A stretch of DNA of 64,000 bases from Malacoraja senta (taxonomy: Eukaryota), in NCBI GenBank assembly GCA_038087875.1, contig CM075977.1, forward strand, positions 233,058,001 through 233,122,000, given 5' to 3'. The notes below the pieces were generated by a model that made no database searches, had not been told where the DNA came from, and saw only the letters and a list, made by a program, of their open reading frames with translations. Numbering within the stretch: the first letter of the stretch is position 1; every line of letters starts with the position of its first letter. Made by a program: the position numbers and the translations under genes. This document shows positions 51,235-63,467 of this stretch, one piece after another.

Positions 51235-51532
51235 CAAGCGCCAGTAAATAGGAAAGCAGTAATAACCAGGTAAATTTAGTGACATTGGTTCAGGGATAAA
51301 TATTGAACAAGACAATGGGAATAAATCACCCGGTCTTCTTCAAAGTGATCCTTTGGCATCCATTAGGTCCAGCTGAGAGGGCAGGTAGAATCTCAGTTAA
51401 ACATCTTGTCCTCATCCACCGATCTTCCTGAGTATTGTACGCGGTTGTCAACCTAGATTTTGTACTGTAAGTGCGACTTGAGCGCACAACTGACTGACCC
51501 TGAGGCAAGAGTGCTACCATTGAGTCACAGCA
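51235..51532 (-). mobile_element. DeuSINE (SacSINE1/AmnSINE-like)
   Basis: Reverse strand has a tRNA-like head gctgtgactcaatggtagcactcttgcctc and Deu-domain-like gatgtttaactgagattctacctgccctctcagctggac...aatatttatccctgaacc. Confidence 0.75.
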
Positions 51533-52744
51533 GTTACATTTCGAAGGCTTGCAGTTCCTGTAGAAGTTGCCTTTCCAGCGGCAATGTTCAGGCAGTAAAC
51601 AAAGAGGCAGATTATCCTGAATGCACAGTGGGTTTCTGCTGGGACTTTCTCATCTGTTGCAGAAAGGCTCCAGGCAAAGGATGATTAAAGGATGGACAAA
51701 GAACTGTTGTTGCAGTGCCACAAGAATTAACTGGGCACTAAGGTGGCAGAAGGGCCTCGTACAGTAATAGGAGGATCATCGTGATCACATTTATCATTCT
51801 TCTCCATCTTGCTTTCGGTGAGATGACAAATTAGAATCCCAGCACTCATCTTCAATCTTTTAATAACGTGCCTCAGAGCTGACTTCTACTGCTTTCCTCA
51901 ACCACAACTAAAAGCTCCAAAAAAACACTACAGCAACTTTGTGGATATAAATCAACATCCATCCAGCTCATCTTGCATATAATTAATAACATTAGTAATA
52001 AAAACAGAAACTGCTGGAACTGCACTCTAAGTTCCTTTGTGTCTGATAAAATGACTAAGATACTGTCTATTATGGAATGTTATGTTATATTCCAATTTTT
52101 TAATAACTGCAGAATTTTTCCTATCCACATAAAGATAAGCATCTTTTTTAGAGAATTCTCCTAAATCTCTAATGTGAGTAGATATAACAGGAAGCAAATC
52201 ATTCAGTTGATATGCTAATTATATTAATAGTAATATTAAAATTATCTTCCAATGGATGTTGGTGTTGATAATCTAAGGATGGCAATCATGTAACAAAACA
52301 TTCCTGAATAGACAGTATCTTAAATAATCTTTTTATCAGCTTTATTGTAGTATTTCTTCATCTTGCTGATCCTTGGATGGAGAAAGGTTCAGGGAACGGG
52401 TTGGGGTTGGGCAGAGGTTGTGTTAAAATAAAGCTGGAAACCACTTTTTCTTTGTTGTCTGGCCTCATAAAAATAAAGGCTGAAACATTCCTTGGGTATG
52501 TTTTGAATCCTCTCCTTTCTTCAAGGATCACTGGTTTGCCCACTTAATGCCTGGTCCAACAAGATGCAATGGAAGCTCCATCTAATATTTAAGGAACAGA
52601 ACCTATGTTCTGATGGAAGTCATCAACTTGAAACATTAACTTCTCCTCGAGGAAGTCGTCAACTTGAAACCGCTTCTCTCTTCGCAGAGATTACCCTACC
52701 TGGTGAGCATTGTTGGTTTTATTTCAAGAGCAATACGCCTATTT

Positions 52745-53137
52745 CTGGATTCAATGGAATTTAGAAGGATGAGAGGATATCTTAGAGAAACATATAAAAT
52801 TCTTAAGGGATCGGACAGGGTAGATGCAGGAAAAATGTTCCCAATGTTGGGGAGTCCAGAACCAGAGGTTACAGTTCAAGAATGAGGGGTAGGCCATTTA
52901 GGACTGAGATGAGGAAAAACATCTTCACCCAGAGAGTTGTGAATCCGTGGAATTCTCTGCCACAGAAGGCAGTGGAGGCCATTTCACTTGATGTTTTCAA
53001 AAGAGAGTTAGATTTAGCTCTTAAGGCGAACAGAATCAAGGGATATGGGGAGAAAGCAGGAACGGGGTACTGGTTTAGGATGATCAGCCATGATCATATT
53101 GAATGGCCAACTCCTGCACCTATTTTCTATGTTTCTA
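52745..53137 (+). mobile_element. CR1 3' fragment
   Basis: ORF 52882-53166 GRPFRTEMRKNIFTQRVVNPWNSLPQ. Confidence 0.9.
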
Positions 53138-53837
53138 TATTTAAGGCAGGCACACTGGATGGCTAAAGAACCGATCATAGCATCAGGCATAATTCCAATA
53201 GAGTTTCAGCACAAAAGATCTAATTATAGGACTTATGCCAAGATTACAACAGAAGTGGACAAATATGAATTTAAGTTCTGGCACATGTATTCAATAAATT
53301 ATGCATATCGTGTGTATGCTCTAACTGATTTGTTATGAGTACTATGAAAACAGCTATGCATTTCTAAAGACGCAAACTCGTTAGAGTTGGAGAGCCGAGA
53401 TATGCCTAAGAGTCATCAGATTGTCATTACGTTTTTATTACACAACAACTTGAGTGTTATCAGACTCCCATTGAACATGGGAGTTATGAGACATTGTCTG
53501 GGACCTGGTTAATCACAAATTAGATGCAATCAATGCCTTTATTAGAAGGCAAACAGAATTAGGAATCATTTGCACAAAAAGTCAGTACAAGTCTGCCATT
53601 TACCAAGAAAATGGATCAGAGAGTCAATTTCCGTTTGCTATGGGATTTCTTATCAATGAAAAATCACTCATGTTTGAATCTTGAGGAAATACTGTAAGTT
53701 GAACAAATTCTGTGATTTTCAGATGTTTTCTGTTTTTGTTTCAGATTTCCAACATCTGCAGGTTTTTGATTTTCATTTACTTTTGAATTTTCTGCTGCCT
53801 TTGCTGCATGATTTTTCTTCTGTATCTTTTTTGTAAT

Positions 53838-54556
53838 GACAGCCTCGCCAGCAGTCTGTCTGTCTGTCCCTTCCTTCTTTGTTTTTTTAATAGTATGTAT
53901 TAAATGTATGTTTTTAGTGTTCTTTAGCTTGTTTTATGTGGGGGAAACTTTTTTTAATCTCTTACCTCGACGGAGAAGCGATTTTTTTTCTATATCGTAT
54001 ATCCATCCGCACTGCGGTCTAACATCGAGGAGTTGGCGCCCTTTGCTGGAGATCGACAGGGAGCTCCAACGCGGGAGCCTGCGGGACTTATCATCGCGGA
54101 ACTCGTGATCCCTTTGTCAGGGATCGACCTCGGAGCTCCAATCAGGGGAGCCTGTGGACTTTATCATCATGGAGCTTGCGGTCTCTGGTTAGAGTCCGAC
54201 TTCAGGAGCTCCAAGCTGCAGGAGCTTCGACTGCCTCGACACGGGGGCTGCGATCGCCCCGACGCAGGGGCTTCGATCGCCCCGATGCGGGGGCTTCGAC
54301 CGCTGGCTGCGGGAGCTTCAATCGCCCCGACGGATGGTTCGACTGCCCCGACCGCGGGAGAATATAGAGGAAGAAGATTAAATTTATTGCCTTCCATTAC
54401 AGTGAGGAATGTGGGGAATCCGCTGTAGTGGATGTTCGTATTAACTTTTATGTTGTTGTGTTTCTTGTTGCCTTTTTTTTAGTATGGCTGTATGGTCATT
54501 TGCATATCACTGTACCTTAATTGGTACACGTGACAATAAAAGACCTTTGAAACCTT
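53838..54556 (+). mobile_element. GC-rich non-coding retroposon with Rex/Babar-like 3' tail
   Basis: Tail actgtaccttaattggtacacgtgacaataaa-(accttt)n; internal tandem hairpin repeats; termini related to 56483-57258. Confidence 0.65.
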
Positions 54557-54959
54557 TAATTGACACAGTAACATGGCAGAGCTCTGACATGTGCAGTGAC
54601 ATCCAATGCGATGCGTTAAGTGTTTGGATACCACTTCCATTAAATCCAATTCGTTCATGAGTACATTGTGGATATTGCATCATGCTCATACGGTATGTTT
54701 TCACAGCAGAAACAAGAAATTGCAGATGCTGGCTTACCAAAAAGTGATGGAGTAACTCAGAGGGTCAAGCAGCATCCATGGAGAGAATGAATTTGTGATA
54801 TTCTGTATCGGGACCCTTCCTCAGACTAATTGTATGGTCGAGCTACTGTCTCATAGCATCAGAGTGGGATATATATGTCTTATGCATTTTGCATGTGTAA
54901 ATATTAATGACACAGAAAGACAATGTTATGGTCCTGCCAACTCTCAATGCTATACCAAG

Positions 54960-55265
54960 AGTCACAGTATCAGAAAATCATACAGCACATGCCCAGACCC
55001 TTTGCCTCACTGAATCTGCACTGATCATCGATCACCTATTTATTCTCCCCACGATCCTCTCAACTTCACCAATTCCTACCACTTATCTGCACACTAGTAT
55101 AGATTTGCACTGGCAATTTAACCCACCAACCTGCACATATGTGAGATCTGGTGGAAACCATAACTCTCAGAAGACATTCATAGAGTCACAGGGACAGTTG
55201 GCAAACTCCACAAAGACAGGACTGGAAGTCGGGATTGAACCCAGATTGCTGGAACTGTGAGGCCA
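54960..55265 (-). mobile_element. Old V-SINE
   Basis: Degenerate V-domain and tail. Confidence 0.62.
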
Positions 55266-56089
55266 ACTGTCCATCATTAAACCTACTGGCCTATCTTTTA
55301 CACCTTAAAGCTGCTAGAATTAGAACAATGCAACTGACTCATCCATTATGTAACGGCAAAAAAAAAGACTTGCACATTTTTTACTACGTTTTACTTAAAT
55401 ATGCAGAAATGAAGTCTCAATGGCTTCAAACCTGAATTTTCAGAAGATGAAGATAAAAGAGGTGCTGAAAAAGAAAGGTGGTGTATATTTCACACTATTC
55501 TTTGGCCTAAATCGTTTGATATTCCGTTCGCCAATTTTACTTTTGTGTATGCTTGTGCAATACACTGGAATATGTCCCATACATGAGTGGAGGCAGAGGA
55601 AATGTTGTATTTGCATTGTATGTCATGCCAATTTTTGGATTATTTGAATTAATTTTATGACTTGGAGAGGTATGTAGCACAGAAAGACTAGGATATTCAC
55701 AACTCCCAACAGCGCAACACCTGTGTCCCAATGGATTGTTTCACAATCAAAACAGGTCATTGCTATTGCCAATTACAGGGTAAACTAATATTGGGGATAA
55801 GTAATCGTACTTTTGTAATGCATTAGCAAAGAATATTTCAATTTGTTTTTCTCAAAATGCTGTAATTGATCCCAGTCCCTAAGAGATCCTACTCGATAAG
55901 AAATAATGAAAAAAACACTAAAAACTCACAAGAATTTGTTAATGAGCAATTATTTGGTGACTTGTTTTTGATTCTGATAATGGTGCATAATGAATAATAC
56001 CCTTATTCTATACTGTTCACTAGCAACAAACGTAATTATTTGAAAGGAAAACTGGGATGCTCTATCAAAGTGAGACTAGGTATGCGAAG

Positions 56090-58695
56090 AGCAAATCTTT
56101 AGGTATGGGAAGAGGACAAAAAAGTTAAGACCAATGTTGGACCCTTGAAGACTGAAGCAGGTGAATTTATAATGGGGAACAAGGAAATGGCAGATGAGTT
56201 GAACAGGTACTTTGGATCCGTCTTCACTTAGGGAGACACAAACAATTTCCATGATGTACTAGTGGCCAGTGGATCTAGGGTGACGGAGGAATTGAAGGAA
56301 AATCACATTAGGCAGGAAATGGTGTTGCGTAGACTGATGGGACTGAAGGCTGATAAATCCCAGGGCCTGATGGTCTACATCCTAGGGTACTTAAGGAAAT
56401 GGCTCTAGAAATCTCAGACTCATTGGTGATCATTTTCCAATGTTCAATAGATTCAGGATCAGTTCCTGTGCATTGGAGGGTACAAAGGACAAAGGACAAT
56501 TATTGTCACATACACCAATTGGTGTAGTGAAATTCGACTTGCCAATGCAGCACATGAATAAAGATAATACACAACATTAAAGAATTTAACAGAATTTAAC
56601 AATAAACATAAAAACATCCCCCACAATGGTTCCCACTGTGGGGGAAGGCAGCAATGTCCAGTCCCATCCCGTTCACCCATAGTCGGGGCCTATTGAGGCA
56701 TCTGCAGTCGCCGCTACGGCAGCCCGATGCCTCAGGTCCTCTCGCTGGATGTTGAAGCTCTGGCGTCGGGTGAACACTCTCAGCGGCCCGGAGTGTCTGG
56801 AGCGGCCGCTTCCTCCCAGTAGACCGCGGCTCCCGAACTCCACGAGCCGCTCTGGTCGATGCTCCGACTTTGGCGACCTCGTCGTCAGATCCCAGGCTCC
56901 GCGGTGTTTAAAGTTCAGCGCCGCCCGCGGCTGGAAGCTCCGCAGACCGCAGCTCCGCGATGTTGGTGCCGGCGGTCACAGCACTCCGGAGCTTACTGCA
57001 CGGCGACCCGGGTAAGGTGCTTCAGCGCTGTGCCGCCGCCGAAGCTGAAGTCCTGGCCTGTCCCGGCAGGAAAACGCCGCTCCAGTCTGCCCATACGCCG
57101 CGAGGAAGGGGCGAAGATACGGCTCGGAGAAAAAACGCATCTCCGACCAGGTAGGGACTGAGAAGAATAGTTTCCCCCTTTCCCCACCCCCCACCCCCCA
57201 CATAAAAAGACTAAAAGACCTCCAAACAAAACACTATTAACTAACTAAAAATAGAAAAGGAGTAGCTAATGTTATCCCACTTTTTATGAAAGGCGGGAGA
57301 GAGAAAACAGGGAATTATAGACCAGTTAGCATGACATCGGTGGTGGGAAAGATGCTGGAGTCAATTATAAAAGATGAAATAGCGGCACATTTGGAAAGCA
57401 GTAACAGGATCGGTCCGAGTCAGCATGGATTTACAAAGGGGAAATCATGCTTGACTAATCTTTTGGAATTTTTTGAGGATGTAACTAGGAAAATGGACAA
57501 GGGAGAGTCAGTGGATGTAGTGTACCTGGACTTTCAGAAAACATTTGATAAGGTCCCCCATAGGAGATTAGTGGACAAAATTAGAGCACATGACATTGGG
57601 GGTAGGGTACTGACATGGATAGAAAATTATTTGGCAGACTGGAAACAAAGAGATGGGATTAATGGGTTCCTTTCAGAATGGCAGGCAGTGACTAGTGGTG
57701 TACCGCAAGGCTCGGTGCTGGGACTGCAGCTATTTACAATAAAGATTTAGATGAAGAGATTCAAAGTAACATCAGCAAATTTACAGATGACACAAAGCTG
57801 GATGGCAGTGTCAACTGTGAGCAGGATGCTATGAGAATGCAGGGTGACTTGGACAGGTTGGGTGAGTGGGCGGATGCATGGCAGATGCAGTTTAATGTGG
57901 ATAAATGTGAGGTTATCCACTTTGGTGGCAAAAACAGGAAGGCAGATTATTATCTGAATGGTGTCAAGTTGGGAAAAGGGGAAGTACAAAGAGATCTGGG
58001 GGTCCTTGTTCATCAGTCATTGAAAGTAAGCATGCAGGTAAGGCAGGCAGTGAAGGCTAGTGGCATGTTGTCCTTCATAACACGAGGAGTTGAGTAAAGG
58101 AGCAAAGAGGTCCTTCTGCAGTTGTACAGGGCCCTAGTGAGACCACACCTGAAATATTGTGTGCAGTTTTGGTCACCAAATTTGTGGTAGGACATTCTTG
58201 CTATTGAGGGAGTGCAGAGTAGGTTCACGAGGTTAATTCCCGGGATGGCGGGACAGTCATATGTTGATAGAATGGAGCAGCTGGGCTTGAATACTCTGGA
58301 ATTTAGAAGGATGAGAGGGGGTCATTGAAACATATAAGATTATTAATGAATTCGACATGCTAGAGGCAGGAAACATGATCCCAATGTTGGGGGAGTCCAG
58401 AACCAGGGACCACAGTTTAAGAATAAGGGTTAGGACATTTAAAACAGAGATGAGGAAAAACTGTTTCACCCAGAGAGTTGTGAATCTGTGGAATTCTGCC
58501 TCAGAAGGCAGTGGAGGCCAATTTTCTGGATGCTTTCAAGAGAGTTAGCTAGGCCTCTTAAAGATAGTGGAGTTAGGGGACATGGTGAGAAGGCAGGAAT
58601 GGGGTTTTGAATGTGGATGATCAGCCATGATCATAGTGAATGGCGGTGTTGGCTCAAAGGGCCGAATGGCCCACTCCTGCACCTATTGTCTATTG
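56090..58695 (+). mobile_element. CR1-type LINE, 5'-truncated, interrupted by a nested insertion
   Basis: RT fragments NYRPVSMTSVVGKMLESII, YLDFQKTFDKVPHRRL, SGVPQGSVLG, KFTDDTKL; tail cctattgtctattg. Confidence 0.95.
56483..57258 (-). mobile_element. GC-rich non-coding retroposon nested in CR1
   Basis: Splits the CR1 motif TGGAGGGTA|GCTAATGTT; reverse-strand tail gtgacaataattgtcctttgtcctttg. Confidence 0.75.
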
Positions 58696-59331
58696 AGACA
58701 CAGAAACCTATGCAAAATAATATGCAACTAAATTTTACTTTTATGTACCTGTTGTGAATCTCTCAATTTATGAGCTTATTTAATTTACACCATTAAGTAA
58801 ATGATTAATTGAGAATATTTTGTATTCCATCTGTTGGGTGATGTGGACAACGTGACAGCACCACTGAACAATATCATTGCCCACGTTTGAATAAATTTTA
58901 AATTAGGTAAGATAAAAGTTAATTTTTGGTCTGTCAGGAGAAATCAGTCATAGAGCATAATATGGACATTACACCAGAAGCTGGCCTGCACAGAGTACAT
59001 TTTATATCAAAATGTCACACTATATGAGTGTTCCTAAAAAAGCTTTGCTACATGAAAGTTTTTTTTTAAAACACACCCAAGATCATGTCTTGGCCCAACA
59101 TTGCGGGCAGCAGACTTGTGTTGTAGATGGTGGGTACGTTGCCTGTCTCATTGGATCCTTAGGGGAAATCTTTTACCTGAACAGGATTGATGATGTGATC
59201 TGATTTTAAGGTTGATAAATGCAATATATTTCAGGTTAAGGTATATCCATGAGTTTGAGTTATATCTGTACTTCCCACTGCAGAGAAACGAAAAGTATAC
59301 CAAGGAAAAATATATGTCACAAAGTTCTTAC

Positions 59332-59512
59332 CTGACAACTGCATTCAAACCATCATCAGCATCAGTGGCATTGACAAGCAAAACATCTGTCCCTGTTGAG
59401 GCATTCTCAGGGATGGTGGCATGGTAGGTTTTGAAAGCAAATGTTGGAAGATTGTCATTGATGTCATCTACAATCAATGTGATGGTGCTTGTGCCAGTGA
59501 GCACTGGAGACC
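59332..59512 (-). CDS. FAT4: FAT4 internal exon (181 bp), cadherin repeat: GSPVLTGTSTITLIVDDINDNLPTF...NATDADDGLNAVV
   Basis: Acceptor ttatgcag|GG, donor AG|gtaag; DxNDN and DAD calcium-binding motifs; phase 1 to 2 joins the next exon in frame. Confidence 0.95.
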
Positions 59513-60679
59513 CTGCATAAAGGGAGTATATAGAGTGAGATGGAGAACCCGAGATAGAATACATAGATAGACGCAACAGCCACACATTAGCAACTGTATT
59601 TTCACCTTTCACCGCAGTCAGACATATTCCTTGGAAAGAAAAACAAAAATCCACTTCTGAAATATATTATGGTAATTCAACTTGGAATGTAAAAGTCTGA
59701 GGAAAGTAGTCAAAAAGACAAGCTTAAATTTAAAACAATATTATTCTTTTAAAACAAAACTGCAGTGATGTGCTAGTTTAATGTACTGTCTCTTCATCTT
59801 AAGTTAGATGATATGGCCTGTACGCAAATCATCAGACCACATTGATGAAAGGAATTGAAATTGCTTTACATTTCCATTCCTTAAATATTTTCCAGCAATT
59901 GAATTGCCTCCTGCTTCAGTTTTAGAATAGATTTATATATAACAAAAGAAACATCATTCAAAATATTTCCCTGAAGATTATTGAAATCTATAATTTTGAT
60001 CCACAATGATTCAATAAGTATCTTATTTTACCTGCTGACATTATAATAATATATTTCGGTTTAGTAATGATTTGTTGCTTTCATTTAATAATATATCCTG
60101 CCACACTGCCAGTCATTTCAGTTCTTCCTAGCATTCTCTACATAAAATATGCTGCACCACAACTATCCACAAAACGTCAGGAATTTTAATACAAGATGTT
60201 TGCATATGAAATATTAAATATTGAATTAAGAACCATTCATGATAATATCTGTGAGTATTTTTTTCACTTCATTAATGAAAAAGTCAGCATAAAACAAGTG
60301 CAGAAAAAAAGACACACAAATGCCACCTCAAAGACTTCTCTACAAATACAAATATAATTTTGTAAACTGGAGTGGAAAAGGATCAAGGACCTTACTTTAA
60401 AACTGAAAAAGTGAGAAAACAAGTGTTTTAAATTCCAGAGAGGACAGGTGCAGAGAACAAAAAGAATACCTTTAATAGGGTAAAGAACAAAGTTGTCACA
60501 GGAACAATTATATTAAAAACTGGCATTTTGGAGACAGAAAGAAAACAAACAAAAAAACCTGAAATGGTAATGGACAATCACATCCACAGGGAGAGAGGGT
60601 AAATAATGGAGAAGTAACCTGAGACAGTTGAATTCAAGATTAAGTCTCGAGGCCTTCCAGACACCAGGTGGAAGATAAG

Positions 60680-60960
60680 GTGCTATTCCCCGAGTTTATG
60701 CTGGGCATCATTCCAGCTATGTAGAAGGGTGAAGGTTGAGTTGACCGAGTGGGAATGGGGCAGAAATAAAACTGACGGGTGATAGATAGCTCAGAGTTTC
60801 CCTTACAAAATTGAACAGAGGAGTTCTGCAAAACATTTGCCCAATCTGTATTTAGTTCATTCAGTGTAGAGGAGATCACGTGGTGAGTTCCAACTTATAT
60901 GCATTGAATTGGAAATAGTGCAAAGGAGTTTCCTGGAAAAAAAATGGATAGGACCCTGGA
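60680..60960 (-). mobile_element. Old Penelope GIY-YIG fragment
   Basis: Degenerate similarity to 31950-32330. Confidence 0.5.
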
Positions 60961-61441
60961 TTGTGAGAAAGGAATGTGATGAATTTGCCATGACTGCATG
61001 GGCAGAGTGGTGTGGGAAGTGGATCAGTTGTAGGGGTAGATTAGTCAGGGAGTTGTAGATAGAATGGTCCCTTCAGAATGCTGAAAATGAAAGGGAAAAT
61101 GTTTGGTAGTGAAGTATAAATGGAGGTGGTAGACATTATGGATGATGATCTGTTGAATATGCAGGCTGGTGGGAGAGCGGGTGAGAGCAGACGCCCAAAA
61201 TATATAGATGTGCTTGAGAACTCCATCAAATATAGAGAGAAAGCCCAAAACATCAGTCTGCTTCTCTCACACTGATGCTGCCCGATCCAGCATTCCCTGT
61301 TATTGTTTCCCACCTGGAAGCTGTTTAAAAAACGAACACATTTAAATAGAGATGTGGACTTTGTGTTGTTAACTGTTTTTTTGGAAGTAACTATTGATTT
61401 ACTTTGCAGTTTGTATATTGAAAAGTAAAGTTCACTGAAAT

Positions 61442-61660
61442 CAAAGATGGACACAAAATACTGGAATAATCAGTGGGACAGGCAGCATCACTGGAGAGAA
61501 AGAATCGGTGAAGTTTTGGGTCGAGACCCTGTCTGAAGAAGGGTCTCGGCCCGAGACGTCACCCATTCCTTCTCTCCTGAGATGCTGCCTGTCCCACTGA
61601 GTTACTCCAGCACTTTGTGTCAATCTTCGATTTAATCAAGCATCTGCAGTTCCTTCCTAC
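61442..61660. mobile_element. Fold-back Penelope-derived mini-element with central hammerhead-like motif
   Basis: Perfect 15-bp TSD AAAGTTCACTGAAAT at 61427-61441 and 61661-61675; inverted arms; core gtctgaagaagggtctcggcccgagacgtc. Confidence 0.86.
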
Positions 61661-63270
61661 AAAGTTCACTGAAATGTTCACTATGAAAACCTGTATTTAA
61701 TAATTGATGTTAAGCGTATTTATCTTCACATAATTACTAATTAGATTATAAAAGCACTTGTGGCTGCAGATACCACAGCCTCTTAACAGCAGGTGAAATA
61801 AAAAACAACCTGGCAATAAATAAATCTTAAAATATATTCAAACGCTCCTGGCAACAGGAAAAAACTAGACCTATGTTTTGAAGTTAACTTACTATACACA
61901 CACGCTCAACACAGCTCACACTTCTTCCAGAACTTCATAAAGTGAGCAGGTCTGTCCTTGATTTAGTTTATGGGTTATTACAAGAGTATACAGTATATAC
62001 CCATGGAAATGGACAATTTTTTCACTGCATCTGGCAATGGCCTTAAACATACTGAGCCCAGATATGCTGGGCACTGGGCCAATAATGCTTTTGCAGTTTC
62101 AGTTGTGGGAATAACCACCATCTTGTTCAAAGCTACAATTCCATTCCAAACACGAGCTGTTCACAGAGTTGCGAATGCCTAGCAGACTTCATTCTGTTTG
62201 CCCTTCGATTTAAGTTTATTGATGTCTGAACAAAAACTCCTAATGCTGACAGGTTTGGTTTCAGGCAAATATTACCAAGGAAAAGGTCCAATATCTACCA
62301 TTGTATATTACCAATGTCTGCTGTTATTCCTTTTATTTCTTGAAGATTAATTTTCTTGCATTTCACAGGCAGTTGCCACTTACATTTTTGATTGACACAT
62401 TATTTTAATTGACAATTACTCATGTTGAATCTTAGATTGTTCTCAGATTATTCACCTAGATAATTTCAGGCTAATCTGATTCTGCCATACATGTTCATTG
62501 TGATTTTTATGTATACACTGGGATATTCCACAACATTGAGGTAGAATGGATGGAATGCAAGTTTTCCCCAGCCAATATTGAGTCCAATGCAGAGTAGAAC
62601 GGGAGAGTGTACATGCACAATAATATCTGTTCCAGTCAGCTTGTCAGTGCCAAGGTTAATTGCAATTTGTTCGCAGGATCTTAACAATATTTTTACGTAG
62701 TTGACCACTGCCCCTCTTGTGCCCAAGTGTTCAAGCAGTATGTCAACTCGCCACCAAAGGCCGAATGCAACCTAGCAAGGCTTCTGAGTTAGTGGAGGTG
62801 ATACTAACCGAGGATTACTGAAGATTCTGGGACACTATCAGTCAGCATCTGACCGTTTTGCAAAGTAGTAAAGAAGGAGCAGTTCTTCCAAAGTCCCACA
62901 GTACTTGTGGGCTTGGTCCTTACACATTGTATTCAGTTCCGCAGTACTGTCCAAAGTTGAGAATAACACCCTGCAAGTTAGCTGCAGCTCCAATAGAGCA
63001 ACACTATTTGCCATTACTCTTAAGGTTTTTTCACATGCACAGCATGTTCGAGAGAGGTTTATATTAACTGCTGCTGGAACCATGTGGTGTGGAACGTAAT
63101 TAAAATATAAGCAATGATTAACAGAATGAGTGTAGGGACAGGGAGGCGCGTCTTTGTTAAAGAACACATTGTAATTTTTGTCTGAGTTTTTGTTAGGAGG
63201 GGCTGGGAAATTTTGTTTCATTGAAAGAGAGTCGCAGACAATCTAGGTAGGTTGTTAATGTCATTAGATG

Positions 63271-63467
63271 GCCCCATAGCAGAAGTGTCCACGTCGCGGG
63301 GCTGGAAACTGGAAGTATCCTGAGCTAATTCTGCTACCACCATCATCTATTGCAACAAGTGATGGCCCCCACTGATTGTCGCCGGAAGCTTGCGTCCTTT
63401 TCAGGACGGACGATGACAGCGATGTCAACATTTGGAACATGGAAGATAGGCATGAAAGAAGAAGAAG
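63271..63467 (+). mobile_element. Short retroposon with (GAA)n tail, RTE-type 3' end
   Basis: 14-bp TSD AATGTCAT(T/G)AGATG at 63257-63270 and 63468-63481; hairpin CGTCCT-TTTC-AGGACG near the 3' end. Confidence 0.72.

Noticed and set aside
54244-54357. Short palindromic repeat array resembling CRISPR
   Set aside because: Units are adjacent without unique spacers, are degenerate, lie inside a retroposon in a vertebrate intron, and no cas genes are present
56749-57229. Arg/Pro-rich ORFs
   Set aside because: Stop-poor GC-rich retroposon interior; no domain or splice support
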